A stretch of DNA of 64,000 nt from Camelus dromedarius (lineage: Eukaryota): positions 27,528,001-27,592,000 of the forward strand of contig NC_087461.1 of NCBI RefSeq assembly GCF_036321535.1, given 5' to 3'. A model generated the notes under the pieces. It saw only the letters and a program-made list of their open reading frames with translations. It made no database searches and was not told where the DNA came from. The translations under genes were made by a program, and so were the position numbers. Within the stretch, counting starts at the first letter, position 1, and every line of letters begins with the position of its first letter. Shown piece after piece: positions 1-12,174 of the stretch.

Positions 1-399
1 CTTACAGGTGCCTTTTCTTTTTTTAAAGAATTCTTACATGTAAACAACAGAACCCAAGAAGCAAAAGATGTTCTTTTCAACTTTCTTGTAGTTTGGGACA
101 GGAATTTCACTTTGTTACTCTGAAATATTGGAGAATATTCACATATCCAGATTTAAAATAAATTGGTTGGCTAGGCACACAGCAAACTGTCAGATATATG
201 AGAGTATATGATTAGAGAATTCTTCTCTTTTCAGTTTTGTGTCTCTAAGGCTAAAGCCTGAGACATACTCTACATCATTAAAAGTGTATTTCTCAAATGA
301 GAGTGATGTAGTTCGGTGTGCGGGTTAGAAAGACTACTTATTTCAGAATATAGAATTGAAGTGACCCAGGCTGAAAACACACCATTCACAAAAATTAAC

Positions 400-1510
400 T
401 CAAACAGATCATAGGCCTCAAGGTGAGAGGGGAGACTAAAAATCCCAGAAGAAAAGATGTAGTAAATCTTTGTGACTTTGGGTTAGGCAACGTTTCCTTC
501 AATATGACAAGAGCACAGGCAAAAAAGAAAAAATAGATAAATTAAAATTCATCAAAATGTACAAATGTTATGCATCAAAGGCTACATCAAGAAAGTAAAA
601 AGACAATTCACAGAATGGGAGAGAATATTTGCAAATCATAATAAGGAACTTGTAATTAGAATATATAAAGGAGTTTTGCAAATAACAATGAAATTTCAAA
701 TAACTCAGTTTAAAAATGGCCAAAGTTTCTGAATACACATTTCTCTAGGGAAGACATACAAATAAGCCCATGAAATAATGCTCAACATCATTAACCCCCA
801 GAAAAGTGCAAATCAGAACCACAGTGAGATACACTTTACAGCAGGACAGCATCAAGAAGTAAGACAGATACTCACCACTGTGGGTGAGAATGTAGAGAAA
901 ATAGACGCTCGACCTCGCCTGGTGCAAGCCGGTCACGATGCAGCTGCTCGGGAAGTAGGCCGGCAGCTGCTCAAAGAGTTAAGTAGAGTTACACGACCCT
1001 GCAGGTTCACTCCTATGTGTGCACCCCAGGGAAATGAAAGCAAATGTTCAAAACCTTGTAGGAGAATGTTTATTACAGAATTATTCATAATAGCCAAAAA
1101 GTAGAAATGGTTCAAATGTCCAGCAACTGATGGATGGATAAATATCCACACAATTGAACATTATTTGGCAATTAAAAGGATGATATATGCTACACCATGG
1201 ATGAACTTTGAGAACATTCACGTGAGGGAAATCAGTCACAAAAAAATGCATATTGTGTTATTCCATTGATACAAAATGTCCAGAGAAGGAAAACTGATAC
1301 AGCCAGCAAATAGAACAGTGGTTGCCTGGTGGTGGTGGTTGGGGAGAAGTGGGACTGACTGCTAATGGGGACAGCGTTCCTTTTTAGAGTGATGAGAATG
1401 TCTAAAATGGATTGTGGTGATGGAGCACAATTTTGTGAATATACTAAGAAAAATTAAGCTGCACGCTTTAAATGGATGAATTGTGCGGTACGTGAATTAC
1501 GTATCAGTAG
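400..1510 (+). mobile_element. Old L1 LINE, ORF2 C-terminal region plus 3' UTR (L1M-type), degenerate
   Basis: Typical L1 3' motifs: 'acagaatgggagagaatatttgcaaatcat', 'gtgcaaatcagaaccacagtgagatac' (decayed MQIKTTMRYH), 'ttattcataatagccaaaaagtagaaa', 'tgctacaccatggatgaactttgagaacatt', 'tgactgctaatggggacagcgttccttttagagtgatgagaatgt'. Many stops. Confidence 0.9.
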
Positions 1511-2577
1511 GTTTTTTTTAGATGGAAAGTTAAGAAACAGGGAAGTGGAGAAAAAAGGCTTTTTGATCAGTTGTGGTAGAAGAGAGTGAAGAGGAACAGA
1601 GGAAAAGCCAAAGGTTCGTGGCGGACGGTCAGCTCAGTCTGGGACCCAGTGCGTTTGGGACACACGTGGATCCACCGCACATGCCTGGGCTGGAGACGTG
1701 GGCCGTTTAGACGGTGCCTGAAGTCACTACTGCGGGCGAGGAAGGAGCCCAGAGCAAAGAGCCTCGGCGCACGTCTGGGAGGAGGGATCAGCCTGAGAGA
1801 CGGGAGCGCTGGAAGTGGCTCATTTCTGAAACCTAATGTGTAACCTTGGTCACACAAAAAGCAGGATTTCAAGGAAGTTGTGTGTCATTAAAATGCTTGG
1901 CTCATCTAAGTCCTGGTAATGAAAATGGGGACCTTAAAATAAGGAAAATCTCTCTTTTTTCCTTTCTTCAAGTGATTGACAGTTCTTAGTCGCTGTGTTA
2001 TTTTTGAATAAAAACAGTTTTAACACATCGAATCAATGTAATTTCAAAACTTCAGATCTGTTATGAAAGCAATGGTTTCCTACAAACCGGTTAATTTTCA
2101 AAAAGAGGTCGGTTACTGTAAGGTCTTCTGCGACTGGATGATTCAGACTGTTTCTATTGTGGCTTATTGTTCAGAGTTACTTCATTAGTGTTTATAATAT
2201 GCCGCCTGGAATGCCCTGTTTCTCAAGATGAACTCAACAGAACTGCTGGCTTGGCAGCCAGCTGCTTTTGAAAACTAATGTACAAAAGAGATAAGAATAA
2301 TCAACTTAAATATTTACTTGAAAACTTTCCAGAATAATTACTTAGAGTCTCAAAACAGCATAACAAAATCTGACAAGCAACTGTACATGCCCTTTGCTCT
2401 CACATACTTTTGAAGACAAAGGACAGAAAATACTAATACATCGGCGTTCATCACTGGTGACAATACTGCTTAGAATATTTCAGAGTACACGTCTTGTGCA
2501 GAGATGTGTATTTCTGTTGACTTATTTCCCAGAGGAAGTTTTTATTTTATCTCCAGATTTTAAAAAATATGCTCAGA

Positions 2578-2680
2578 GGGTGGGAGGGTAGAGCTCAGTG
2601 GTAGGGCATGTGCTTAGCATGCACGAGGTCCCGGGTTCAGTCCCCAGTACCTCCTTTAAAAGGAAAGAAAAGGAAAGGGA
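2578..2680 (+). mobile_element. tRNA-Ala-derived SINE (camelid vic-1-like)
   Basis: 'gggagggtagagctcagtggtagggcatgtgcttagcatgcacgaggtcccgggttcagtccccagtacctcc' has A and B boxes, parallels tRNA-Ala, and is followed by an A-rich tail. Similar copies occur at ~10.6, 13.8 and 57.6 kb. Confidence 0.9.
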
Positions 2681-3640
2681 ATTTTTTAAGAAGAGCTCCA
2701 AATGGTAAGAGAACAGCCAGAAGGAGGCGTGCCAGCAGGAGGGCCCCTGATGGACATTTGCCAGGAGACCACATATTACAGATGTTTTCAGAACTTGGTC
2801 ATAATAGGGCCTCAGAACAGGAGCTCATCACAACCTGTGATGAAGGCGTCCCTTCCCCTTCGCCCGAGGGCAGCTCGGCCCACTGCGTGTGTGTCGTTTC
2901 CCAGCAGCTTACAAGACCAGCAGTGCTCCTCGTCCCAAGATTCTGACCTGGAATATTGTTGGAATTTCACATTATCTTCTTTTTTAATATAAGGAAGGTC
3001 TTGGAAGTCTCAAAGGCATAACGTGCAGGGATCTTGGAGAGGTGCTGTGTCATGACTGGGTCGGCAGAGAGGGGCCCGCACTCACTGTCTCCCTAGAGAA
3101 CGTGGCGGCTCCTTCCAGGCCCTCAGCCGCTCGTGCAGGGGAGACGGCGCCAAGCTCTGGTGGGTGCGAGCCTCACTGAAGCGAGAGCAAGGCAAGCAGT
3201 CCTGTCTTTCCAGCCGTGCTGGAGCGCACCTGCGGGAGGCTGACCTGAAGACGTGCACCCAGGGCGCTGGGAGTGTCAGGGGCCCCTTTGACGCTGGAGA
3301 GAGAAGCTGATCAGTGTGGTTTCACGGAGGAGTGAGGGGCCGGCAGCGTGACTTGACCTTCGGGGGGGGGGGAGTTAGAGGAGTGTCGGGTGTTCTCCTT
3401 GTGTTGCATCGCGCTGCTCGGTGAGAGGAGGAGTGCCTGGCTCTGGAGCCGCGGCCAGCTCATGCTGGAGGCAGGGGCCTCCGCGGGGAGGCTGTGCTGG
3501 CCGTGGCAGCTGCAATCTGAGGTCAGCCACGTGCTGTCCGACTTTAGTGATGATGAGTCGGAAGGAAGCTCAATTGAATAATGTGGATGTGAGTTTTTAT
3601 TCTGTCGAATATGGGAGATAAAAAAGGAAGGCATCTCAGA

Positions 3641-3695
3641 TTTTTTTTTAATTGAAGCATAGGTGGTTACAATATGTCAATTTCTGGTGTACAGC
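3641..3695 (-). mobile_element. Short 3'-terminal L1 fragment (lineage-type L1 tail)
   Basis: T-run plus 'aattgaagcataggtggttacaatatgtcaatttctggtgtacagc' matches the in-window copy at 62327-62372. Confidence 0.7.
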
Positions 3696-5149
3696 TCGGA
3701 ATTTTTCTTAAACACGGTAAGTCTCTTCGTGTGAAGCAGACTTCTTGCAGTGGTTAAGACGTATACCATTAACGGTTCCCAGATTGGTATGCCTCTGCTT
3801 TCAAATTTAAAATAATTTAATTTAGTATTCAAAGCTTTAGCATTCAGCATTAAAGAAATTTGAAATCTGAAAATTAACTATGACAATTTACATAGTAGAT
3901 TATCTTCCTTTTGAAATATTTTGGAAGGAAAAATATAAGAAATAATTAAATAGATCTCTAAATTATATTTGAAATTCATGACTACTTCATGTTGGCTGTC
4001 TGTCCTAGACTGAAATGATTTCTATGTCAGACACCAAGAAAGCAGGCAGACAAATACATTCTAGTCAGATGATCCTAGATTCTGTGGGAGCTGATTTTGT
4101 GCATAGAATCCCAAGGACTTTCCAGGACTTCTGTTCTTTATGAAACTTGGAATCTTGGGGCTCCGGAGCAGTTTGGAACCACCTCCAATACAACAGACAT
4201 TCTTAGATATTTCTACAGTTAAATGGTAGTTATTCTCAACAGAATTTCTATAGTCTTCCAAATTCAGAGAACCACGGCGTTTTTCAAACCAATCACAGTG
4301 CTCCTGATTTCGGGCAGAAAGCTGACTGGGGATGTGACGTGTCTCCGTGAGTTCAGAAGCAGGGTGCCACCAGGTGCGAGGCTCTGGGGACTCAGAGACC
4401 GTGAGGTGTCAAAGAACTACCAAAGGACGTTAAATGGGAAAGTGGCAAGGCCTCTGCGTATGAGAGGTTGGATGGTTTTCAGTGCCTGAGAGATTAATGA
4501 GAGGGAGGTTCATCACCAGGGTTGGGCAGAGAGAGAGGGATATAAACTAAGAAATGTCTTCGAGAACGAGCGCAGAAAGGGTGGCGGAAGAATACTGGGG
4601 CGGTCCTGAGGCAGACGCCCAGGCTGGGCGCCACGGGCGTCACTGGGTGGAACTGGCCAGCAGGGTTCTGTTCTCTTGGATTACAGTCCTAGAAGTTCAC
4701 CTTACACTATCGAGACAATCTAGCTGGCCCTGTGAAACTAGTAAGTTAATGCCGTAGGTGTAATAAAATACTTCTGCCTGTTTCTTTATTTTTCAAAGGC
4801 ATCATGTGTCTGTGGTACAAACACAACTTTTCTGTGGAGGGTCCAGTTCTTAGATGACTGACCCCATTGGGACTTAAGCTTGGAACTTCCTAAAGAAGGA
4901 GGCCTGGCTGGGGCGTGACTGGAGACATACCGCGCCACTGAAGCCCTGCATGTCACTCTCACTAACAGAGAGCTTAGCAAGCAATGCATTTTAAACACCC
5001 GTTACAATTTATTTCTACAAAAAGCATAATTTCAGACTAAGGCTATTGTTCAAAGTCATGTTTCTCCTTGAGGGGAAATGCATGTGCTTTAAATGATACT
5101 TTCATGTATGATAAGAGCCGTAAGACCTCTGCGAGACTCATTGAAGGGT

Positions 5150-5483
5150 TTCCAGCCGTGCGCTGCCGTGGGAGGAAGCCTCCAAGGTGGTCCTGAAGGA
5201 GTTTCACCAGCGATGCCAGCTGCCGTACTTTGAGCTGCCTTTTGGAGAGTCTGTGCGATGAGGACTTGGCATCTCAGTCAACAGTTGGTGGGGACCTGAG
5301 GCTGCCAACAGCCACACAAGGCAGTTTGGACGTGGATCTTGTCCAGTGGAGCCTTAAGATGATGGAAGCCAATACTGACTGCAGCCTGTGACCCAAACCC
5401 TAATAACCGACATACAAAGCTGGGATCCACACTGTTTTGTGCCACCAAGTTCTGGGATGATTTGTTATGGAGTATAACTAATA
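5150..5483 (+). mobile_element. MaLR LTR (MLT1E/F-like), degenerate
   Basis: 'tttgagctgccttttggagag', 'gctgccaacagccacacaagg', 'gtggagccttaagatga', 'ccaccaagttctgggatgatttgttatggagtataactaata' resemble the MLT1 3' half. Confidence 0.7.
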
Positions 5484-6037
5484 AGCCTGCTGTCTTCTGT
5501 AACTCGTTATATTTTATTACTTGTCCCAGAGCAAATAAAGAAATATCTAAGCCCTGGATTTTGGAGTCCTTGGTCATTAGTAATAAAAATACAATACCAT
5601 CAGCATTATATTCTGTTCTAACCAGTACCCTTTTCTTAGGAAAGATTGAAGGTTCTAATATCCATCAATTACATTCAGTGCTTACCTTTAAAATGCAAAA
5701 CAAAAAACAAAACAAAGTAAAAACCACTAATTTCTAACTTTGGGGAAAATGTAAATTTGATCGCATGAAAATGCAGTCACATAAAACCTTAAAACATCAA
5801 TTTTTTTCTGGTACCTTGTCCTTCCTTCCCTCTTAAGCCTTTGCCATTTAAAAAATTGACTGTTAAAACAAACTTGGAAAACATCACTGAATTATAGACA
5901 CTTTGGGTGGGATCCCATCTTCTCCCCAGGGAAAAAAAAAAAAAAAGCACCGTTAAAGTGTGGATGTCTTATGTTCACGGATTGGTTGGCTTTCATAGTT
6001 CTCATATAAACAATATGTGTTCATTCTCATTTTCCAG

Positions 6038-6213
6038 TGGAATTTCTCTGCCAAAACAACTTGCTTGTTGGATGAAACAACCAAGTTATTGAAACACTTC
6101 ACCCACACAATTAGCTTGGATCGGCTAGTGTTAAACACGCAGGGCTTCCCACGCGAGGGCAGGGTGTGTCGCAGCGTGGCCGGGTGCCCGTGTGTGTGCT
6201 GGTGGGATTACAG
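6038..6213 (+). CDS. Candidate internal exon, unidentified (WNFSAKTTCLLDETTKLLKHFTHTISLDRLVLNTQGFPREGRV...)
   Basis: Strong acceptor 'gtgttcattctcattttccag|TGG', open frame in phase 0, possible donor CAG|gtcagc, non-repetitive DNA. No homology recognised. Confidence 0.2.
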
Positions 6214-6999
6214 GTCAGCAAACGCTAACAAGCACAGGGGAGCTCGGCAACGTGGGAGGGACTGCAAGGGCCGCAGGCTCAGAGAAACACTATGAATTGC
6301 CTTCAAGTTTAGCATCCTGGAAAAAATAATGCCGTTGTAAAAGCCATGAACAAATATTCAGTATTGGGAGAGACCCGTGGACAGTAGCCTTAACAGAACA
6401 AATAAAGAGAAATTAACTGAAAAGCAGGAAAAAGCACTATTTATATTCCAGGGGACGTGTCTACCATAAGCCCCAATCGGTCACACAGGAGAATTTTTAG
6501 GTCTTTACAGAATACTGCTAAAACTGGGAACGTGGTGTTCCAGGTAATTCGATTTAATGACGAAGTGCATTATTTTAGGAAAATAACATTACTGACTCTT
6601 TAGTGGTAAGTTAGGAAATCCTATTTGTCCTTCTAGGGTCTGTTCTGACTTTCTTTGGGGCTATAAAAACGGATTCTCTTGTTGCTTTTTCATAAAACAT
6701 GCATCTTCCTGACGAGTCACCTGGGTTAGACGCATATCTTACGGAATTGTGTCCAGATCATCTTGTGACCGTATCCAGATCATATTCTCTGTCAGGAAAA
6801 AAATTTAGTTTATGAAGTCATTGGAATCAGTGAGGCACACTTAGTATTTTATACACAGAAACTTAAGGGGTCATGCCTCCCATTTTCACACACACAGACT
6901 CCCGCCAGCTTCACCAGCTTGAGCCTTCGGAGCACCAGCTGTCTGAGAGCGGAGCTAAATGGACGGAACGGGGTCACTAGTGCCGTGGTTATCTGCCTG

Positions 7000-9500
7000 T
7001 GTTTTCAGTTGGGTTTCCTGGAAACAGAGTTGACTGTAGAGGTTTTTCTGGGAAGAGCTCTTTGCAGATAAATCCTTAGAGATGTGTATCCCGGGCGGAG
7101 GGAGATACCGACCCACGGTTTGGTTACAACTAAGGTCTCAGCTGATCCTACAGGCAACTCCAACAGGGCTTCAAAATTGCCCCGCACTGAAGCAAGGGAG
7201 CCTCAGAGCCTCACACCAGATAGTCATCACCACGTCCCCCCCACGCAGAAGGAGGCACAACCCGGGGAAGGTGTCCTGGGAGGGAGGGCGAGAGCCCCAG
7301 GGGACCAGCTGCCGCTCGCTGGCTGGAGTCCCTACCAGCTCAGCCCTGCTCTGCAAGCTCAGCTCCCCTTGCCTGCAAGCTGTCGGCTCGCCCCGGGGAG
7401 GGCCCCTCCGGGGTGCCTGTGGGTCTCGCTTCTGGGAAAGCTGGTGAGACAAAGGTTGTACGCTGACTGCACGGCTGTCATGATTCTAACCACTCCTCCG
7501 TCACCCGTGCAAGGGCCCTCTTGCCCTCAGCTGGTGCCCCTCTGGATCTGCTCAGCGTCCCTGGAGGGTGACATAGGCCCTGAGAGAGGAGCCCTTTCAA
7601 AGCTGTGTCCCTCTCAGGCTGTGGCTGCTCCACTTGCCTGTTTCCAAGGGGGTCTGGAAGCACCAAGAGAAGCCTTGGTGAGACAGCGAAGCGCCAAACA
7701 TTCTGCCCTGGCTTCTCAGTGCTTAAAAAGTTATGTTTACATATACTGTAGTTTGTGAAGTGTTCAGTAGCATTATGGCCAAGTAAACAATGCACACACC
7801 TTAATTAAAAGTACTTTATTGCTGAGAAGATAATGCCGTCCATCCTGTGAGCCTTCAGCCAGGCCTGATCTTCGTGCCGGGGCGGGTCTGAGGAAGGCCG
7901 CTTCACTCTCCTGCCGTCCGTGTGTTTGCTGGGGGAGCACTTTTGATTTCCTTCGAGAGCTTTCCTTCGCACCCGCGGCTTGGCTGACCGGTGCGAGAGG
8001 CCTCGCTCTGGGCTTCCCTTGGCTTTGGCACGACTTCCTCACTGAGATTGCTCATGTCTAGCTTTTGATGTAAAGTGGGAGACGTGCGACTCTTCCTTTC
8101 ACGTGAACACTCAGAGGCCGCTGTGGGCTGTTAGCTGGTCCAATTTCAACACGGTTGTGTCTCAGGGAACCGGGGTCGGTCTCGAGGTGGGCACAGGAGT
8201 TGTCTTGGGAGGCACCCACCTCGCTTGAGGCTTCTGTAGGATCTGCAGAAAGAGAGACTGACTTCTGGTAAGCGCGAGGGGGCCCCTTTTGCAGGCCCAG
8301 CAGGCGGAAGGGAATGTGGGCGTTCAGGGCAATGAGTGTCGACTCAGGTGTTTCCATCTCAAGTCTCAGGAGTCCACTGATTCCCTGTTTGGACGCTTAT
8401 GCTGGCATATGAGACCTGGCAGGACTAAGAACTTCCTCTGAGGCTTTATTACTGCAGAACGTAAGTTCTGAGCCCGCTTCCCCACCCCGCTCGCCCTCCT
8501 GCTATGGGACGAGCGTGTCAGGAAGAGCCCTCGGCTTTCATGCTTTGCCTGAATCAGTACTTAACGCCCTTAAGTCTGAGATTCTCTCTTTCAACAAATC
8601 ATCGGTGCCTAGCAACAGCTGCCCAACTCCCCCGTCCTCACAGTTAGCATCGCTCTTACGCTGGGTGAATTGCAGCAGCCAGCACGTCTCCTCTTTCTGT
8701 GTCCCCTCGGTCTACGTGATGAAGCTCGGCCCCACCGCCCTCAGGTGGCGGGGTCTCCAGTGCTGGGCAGCTGGGCCCGAAGTCACTCTTTACAGCTGCT
8801 TCCCGAGAGCGGTCCTGGCATCAGGGAACAGGACGTGAGGCGGGCCGTGCAGCTGCACAGCAGAGGCTGTGGTGCGCGCCCTGGCCCTCCTTTCAGAAAC
8901 GCTTTCCCCCTCTTGCTGAGACTGGGGACTGCTGGCGGTTCAGGAGGGAGCCCCTTCCCCGGGCAGCCGCTGTCATGGAAAGGAAGACAAGCTGCGCCTC
9001 GCCCAAACACATGGGCCCTCGTCAGCGGGACCCTGCTCCCAGTGACAGCTCCACGTGGCTCCCGGGACAAAGGCCCAAGTCCCTGTTGACTCTGAACGTC
9101 TCCCTCTGCTCTGAACGCCCTGTGTGACTGGGTAAAGCTTGCGATGCAGCCATTCAACTCTTTCCCCCACTCTTTCCCACTCAGAGATGCTGTTGCTCGG
9201 AACACTTAGCGGCACAGCCCCTGCTAAGATCGGAGCCCCGGGGGCTTCCTGAGGAAGCCCTCTGAAGGAGTAAAGCTGTCAGCCCATGGAGAAGGCAGAT
9301 CTGGACAGCGGAGAAGCTGACCTCTAGCGCATCTTCAGTTGGAGCTTCAGGCACTCCTATGGGGAACTGGAAGGAGTGGCATGGCCCGAAACTGTTATAA
9401 GGGATTAGGCTAGGCACTGGCCATGGTCTGTCCCTTAGGCGAGGTCACAAACTTGAGTGAGGCGGTTCCTCAGTTTGGGGACACCTCCAGGAGGGACACA
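7000..9500 (-). mobile_element. Degenerate ERVL provirus remnant (LTR16 / ERV3-16A3-like): LTR-like segments at ~7000-7330 and ~9250-9500 with internal sequence between
   Basis: 'cagttgggtttcctggaaacagag' resembles the reverse of the LTR16 3' end. The two LTR-like segments resemble each other. '...ctcagctggtgcccctctgg...cttgcctgtttccaagg...agcaccaagagaagcc' resembles ERVL internal sequence. Interrupted by Tigger1. Confidence 0.5.
7765..8170 (-). mobile_element. Tigger1 (TcMar) DNA transposon, internally deleted relic
   Basis: 'agcattatggccaagtaaacaatgcacacaccttaattaaaagtactttattgct' and 'ctagcttttgatgtaaagtgggagacgtgcgactcttcctttcacgtgaacactcagaggcc...ttgtgtctcagggaa' match the Tigger1 right and left parts as recalled. 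Confidence 0.8.
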
Positions 9501-9829
9501 GTGGTGGGCCATCAGGGACACATGGGGATGAGTCTGTTGGCATCAAAGGGAATTTGGAGAAAAGTATCATGATACTCACTACAGTGTGAAAATGTGTGCA
9601 TTTTAGTATTTCCATACTAGCTAAAAATATTAAAATGTATATAAACTATCAAAGATCATAACTCGGGATCAGTTTCTCTGTCCTTAAGAGCTGCAAGCGT
9701 TAGCAAGCCCCCCGCTGCTATGCCCGTGGAAACCCAGTAATCTCAACAATATTTCTCAGGAAGAAGTGGGGCGCATTTCCTTAGTTAATGACAGTTCTGA
9801 TCTGACTTCTGAGCCGCTCACCGTGCAGT

Positions 9830-10070
9830 AAATCATCCTTGGCAATATGGCGAGGCCTCACCTAATTGGCTGAAGGCCTTGAAAGAAAAGCTTTAAGGTC
9901 CTCCGAGGATGAGGGATTCTGCCTCCAGGTGGCCTTCAGACTCCAGCAGCAGCACCAGGCCTCTTCTAGGCCTCAGCCCGCTTTCCTGACCGCTTGCAGA
10001 CTCTAGCCCTACCAGACCCCACAGCTGCACCGGCCGCCTCCTTAAAATAAAATCAATCTCTCGCTCTGTA
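9830..10070 (+). mobile_element. MLT2 (ERVL) LTR fragment
   Basis: 'ggcgaggcctcacctaattggctgaaggccttgaa...gagggattctgcctccagg tggccttcagact...ccttaaaataaaatcaatctctc' follows the MLT2 3' half. Confidence 0.65.
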
Positions 10071-10100
10071 TATACATATATTTATATATATATATAAATA
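10068..10100. repeat. Imperfect (TA)n low-complexity tract
   Basis: 'gtatatacatatatttatatatatatataaata'. Confidence 0.8.
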
Positions 10101-10591
10101 ATATGGATATCCACTCACGATTTTTTAGTCAAAGTATCTTGATTCCTTTCTTTATTCAGCTGTCAATGCTGAGATCTGTATCATTTAAAATACAGAGAGG
10201 ATACAAACAGTTGAAAACCAACAACACAAGACCCTGAGAGGCCAAGCACAGGCAGAGTCACAAGGCTTTTTTCCTTGTTTAGGATGGAAAGTATTGACTT
10301 ATAGTAAGTCGAGTAATTCAAGAATGCAAACTGCAGCGCCAAGCAAGCCAATGAAATGATAATAGAAGAATGCATAACTAACAAGCTAGTGCAGGGAAAA
10401 TCCAGATTAACAAAACACATACATCAATCCAAGAGAAGACAATACTGGAGAGCCAAGGGAGCCTGAAAGTGTGGTCAAGTGGAAGACCAGTAGCAAAGCA
10501 CTGATTTAAATCCAAGTGAGGAAGCAAAATGATTGAAGAAGGTACACCATGCACAAGCCCTTACAGGAAGCTGGAGATACCACCCAAAGCG

Positions 10592-10745
10592 GCAGCGGCA
10601 GGTGGAGCTCAGCGGAAGAGCGTGTGCCAGCACGCACAGGGTCCTGGGTTCCATCCCCAGTGCCTCCTCTAAACATCAGTAAATTTTTAAAAGATTACCG
10701 CTCCCTCCAAAAATATAGATAAATAAATAAATAAACAAACACAAT
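10592..10745 (+). mobile_element. tRNA-Ala-derived SINE (vic-1-like) nested in L1
   Basis: 'ggtggagctcagcggaagagcgtgtgccagcacgcacagggtcctgggttccatccccagtgcctcc' followed by an (AATA)n tail. Confidence 0.85.
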
Positions 10746-11669
10746 TTAAAATATTTTTTAAATGAATCCAAAGTGACTTCAAGGAACACACAGTGGTATT
10801 GATAAGGAGGGTACTTTAAAAGCTAAATGGACCAACTATCAGGGAGATACATAATTCTACAATCAAATGCTCCTAATAATATAACCTCACCATATGTAAA
10901 CCTCAAATTCTCACGAATAAAAAGACAAATCCACAGTTGTAGCTGGGGACTTTAATACACTTCCCTTGGTAACTAATAAAACAAGTAAACGTTAAAATAT
11001 ATACATATGCAACCTCATTAGTCATCAGAAAATGAAAAATCAAATTTAAAGCCACAATATAAACGCCTACACACCCAACAGCTTAGTTTAAAAGATGGAC
11101 AATAATACATTTTGGTTAAGATGGAATTCACATATGCTGTCAGTTGGGGAGAAAACTGTAGCAACCATTTTGAAAAACTATTTGGCATTACTCATTAAAT
11201 TTGAATATGCATATACCCCATGGCCCAGAGAGTTTTACTCCTAGGACACAGCCAACAGAAACACAGGCGTATATCATCAAGAAATATGTACAAAATGTTA
11301 TAGCAGCAATAGTTATAAAAGACAAAGATGGCACACAACTGAAATGTCCAGCTCTAGCAGAGCAAGGAAATCAATGCTGGTCAATTCAAGGAATGAGTAT
11401 CATTAGCAAGGGAAATGAATGATTAATACCACACACAACAACCTACATAAATCTCACAAACATAATGGCAGGTGAAAGGAGCCAATTACAGATAATTCAA
11501 GTCATATCATTCCTCTTATATAAAATTCAAAAATATAGTGCTGTAAAGTCAGAATGGCAGCTATCCTGCGGAGAAAAGAAACAGTTAATGGGAGAGAACA
11601 CAAATGGAACCCCTAGGGGTGAGATACAAGTTCTATTTTCTAACCTGAATGGTGGTTTAATGTTGATTC

Positions 11670-12174
11670 TGTCATAGGAAAGGAAAAACTGACTCCATAT
11701 TGGACCTGTTCCTTTGGCTCTAACCCTGTGCTCTGTTGCCTGTGCTCCGTCATGCTGGTTCTGTATCTTCTGTAAAAGAATATTGCCTAGAGCCTGAAAT
11801 ACACAGAGGAGAACATTCTCATGGCTCTGGTCTTAAGGGGGTAACACTTTCCCATTCATATAGAGATAAATAGTTGCAGAATAGAAAATAACACTTGTCT
11901 TGCTGGAGATTTACAGGAACATCACAACCTGACCCACGTGGGCAGCTGCAAGAACAAAGGATTCTGACACCAAGAAGTTAGCAACAACCAACCACACCTC
12001 CTCCCCTTTTTAGTATAAAAGGAGACTGAATTCTGACTTGGGGAAGATGGTTTTCCCCCATCTTCTCAATCTGCTGGCTTTCCAAATAAAGTCGTTCTTC
12101 CTTGCCCCAACACCTCGTCTCCCGATTTACTGTTTTGTCATGTGGTGAGCAGAATGAGTTTGAATTTGGTAACA
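11670..12174 (+). mobile_element. Solo ERV LTR, family A (ERV1-like), 505 bp
   Basis: TGT...ACA termini, 4-bp flanks ATTC/ATGC (one mismatch), TATAAAA at 12014-12020, AATAAA at 12085-12090. Inserted into an L1 3' end that continues on both sides. Clear reverse-complement homolog at 29658-30178. Confidence 0.9.

Noticed and set aside
2578-2655. Possible tRNA-Ala gene
   Set aside because: Has an extended 5' leader, an A-rich tail and multiple diverged copies in the window, so it is a tRNA-derived SINE and not a tRNA gene.
3361-3372. G-runs (also ~13617-13630 and ~17779-17788) as G-quadruplexes
   Set aside because: Isolated homopolymer runs without a clear four-tract arrangement or functional context; may include sequencing error.
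4293-4322. RSS-like heptamer CACAGTG with a weak nonamer (possible Ig/TCR segment)
   Set aside because: The nonamer matches only about 6/9 with non-canonical spacing, and there is no V-exon (no Cys/Trp/YYC framework) upstream.
7084-7758. Longest gap-free ORF in the track (224 aa, plus strand)
   Set aside because: Lies within the ERVL/LTR16-like remnant on the antisense strand, has GC-rich Pro/Ala/Gly composition and shows no recognisable domain. Expected by chance in GC-rich DNA.
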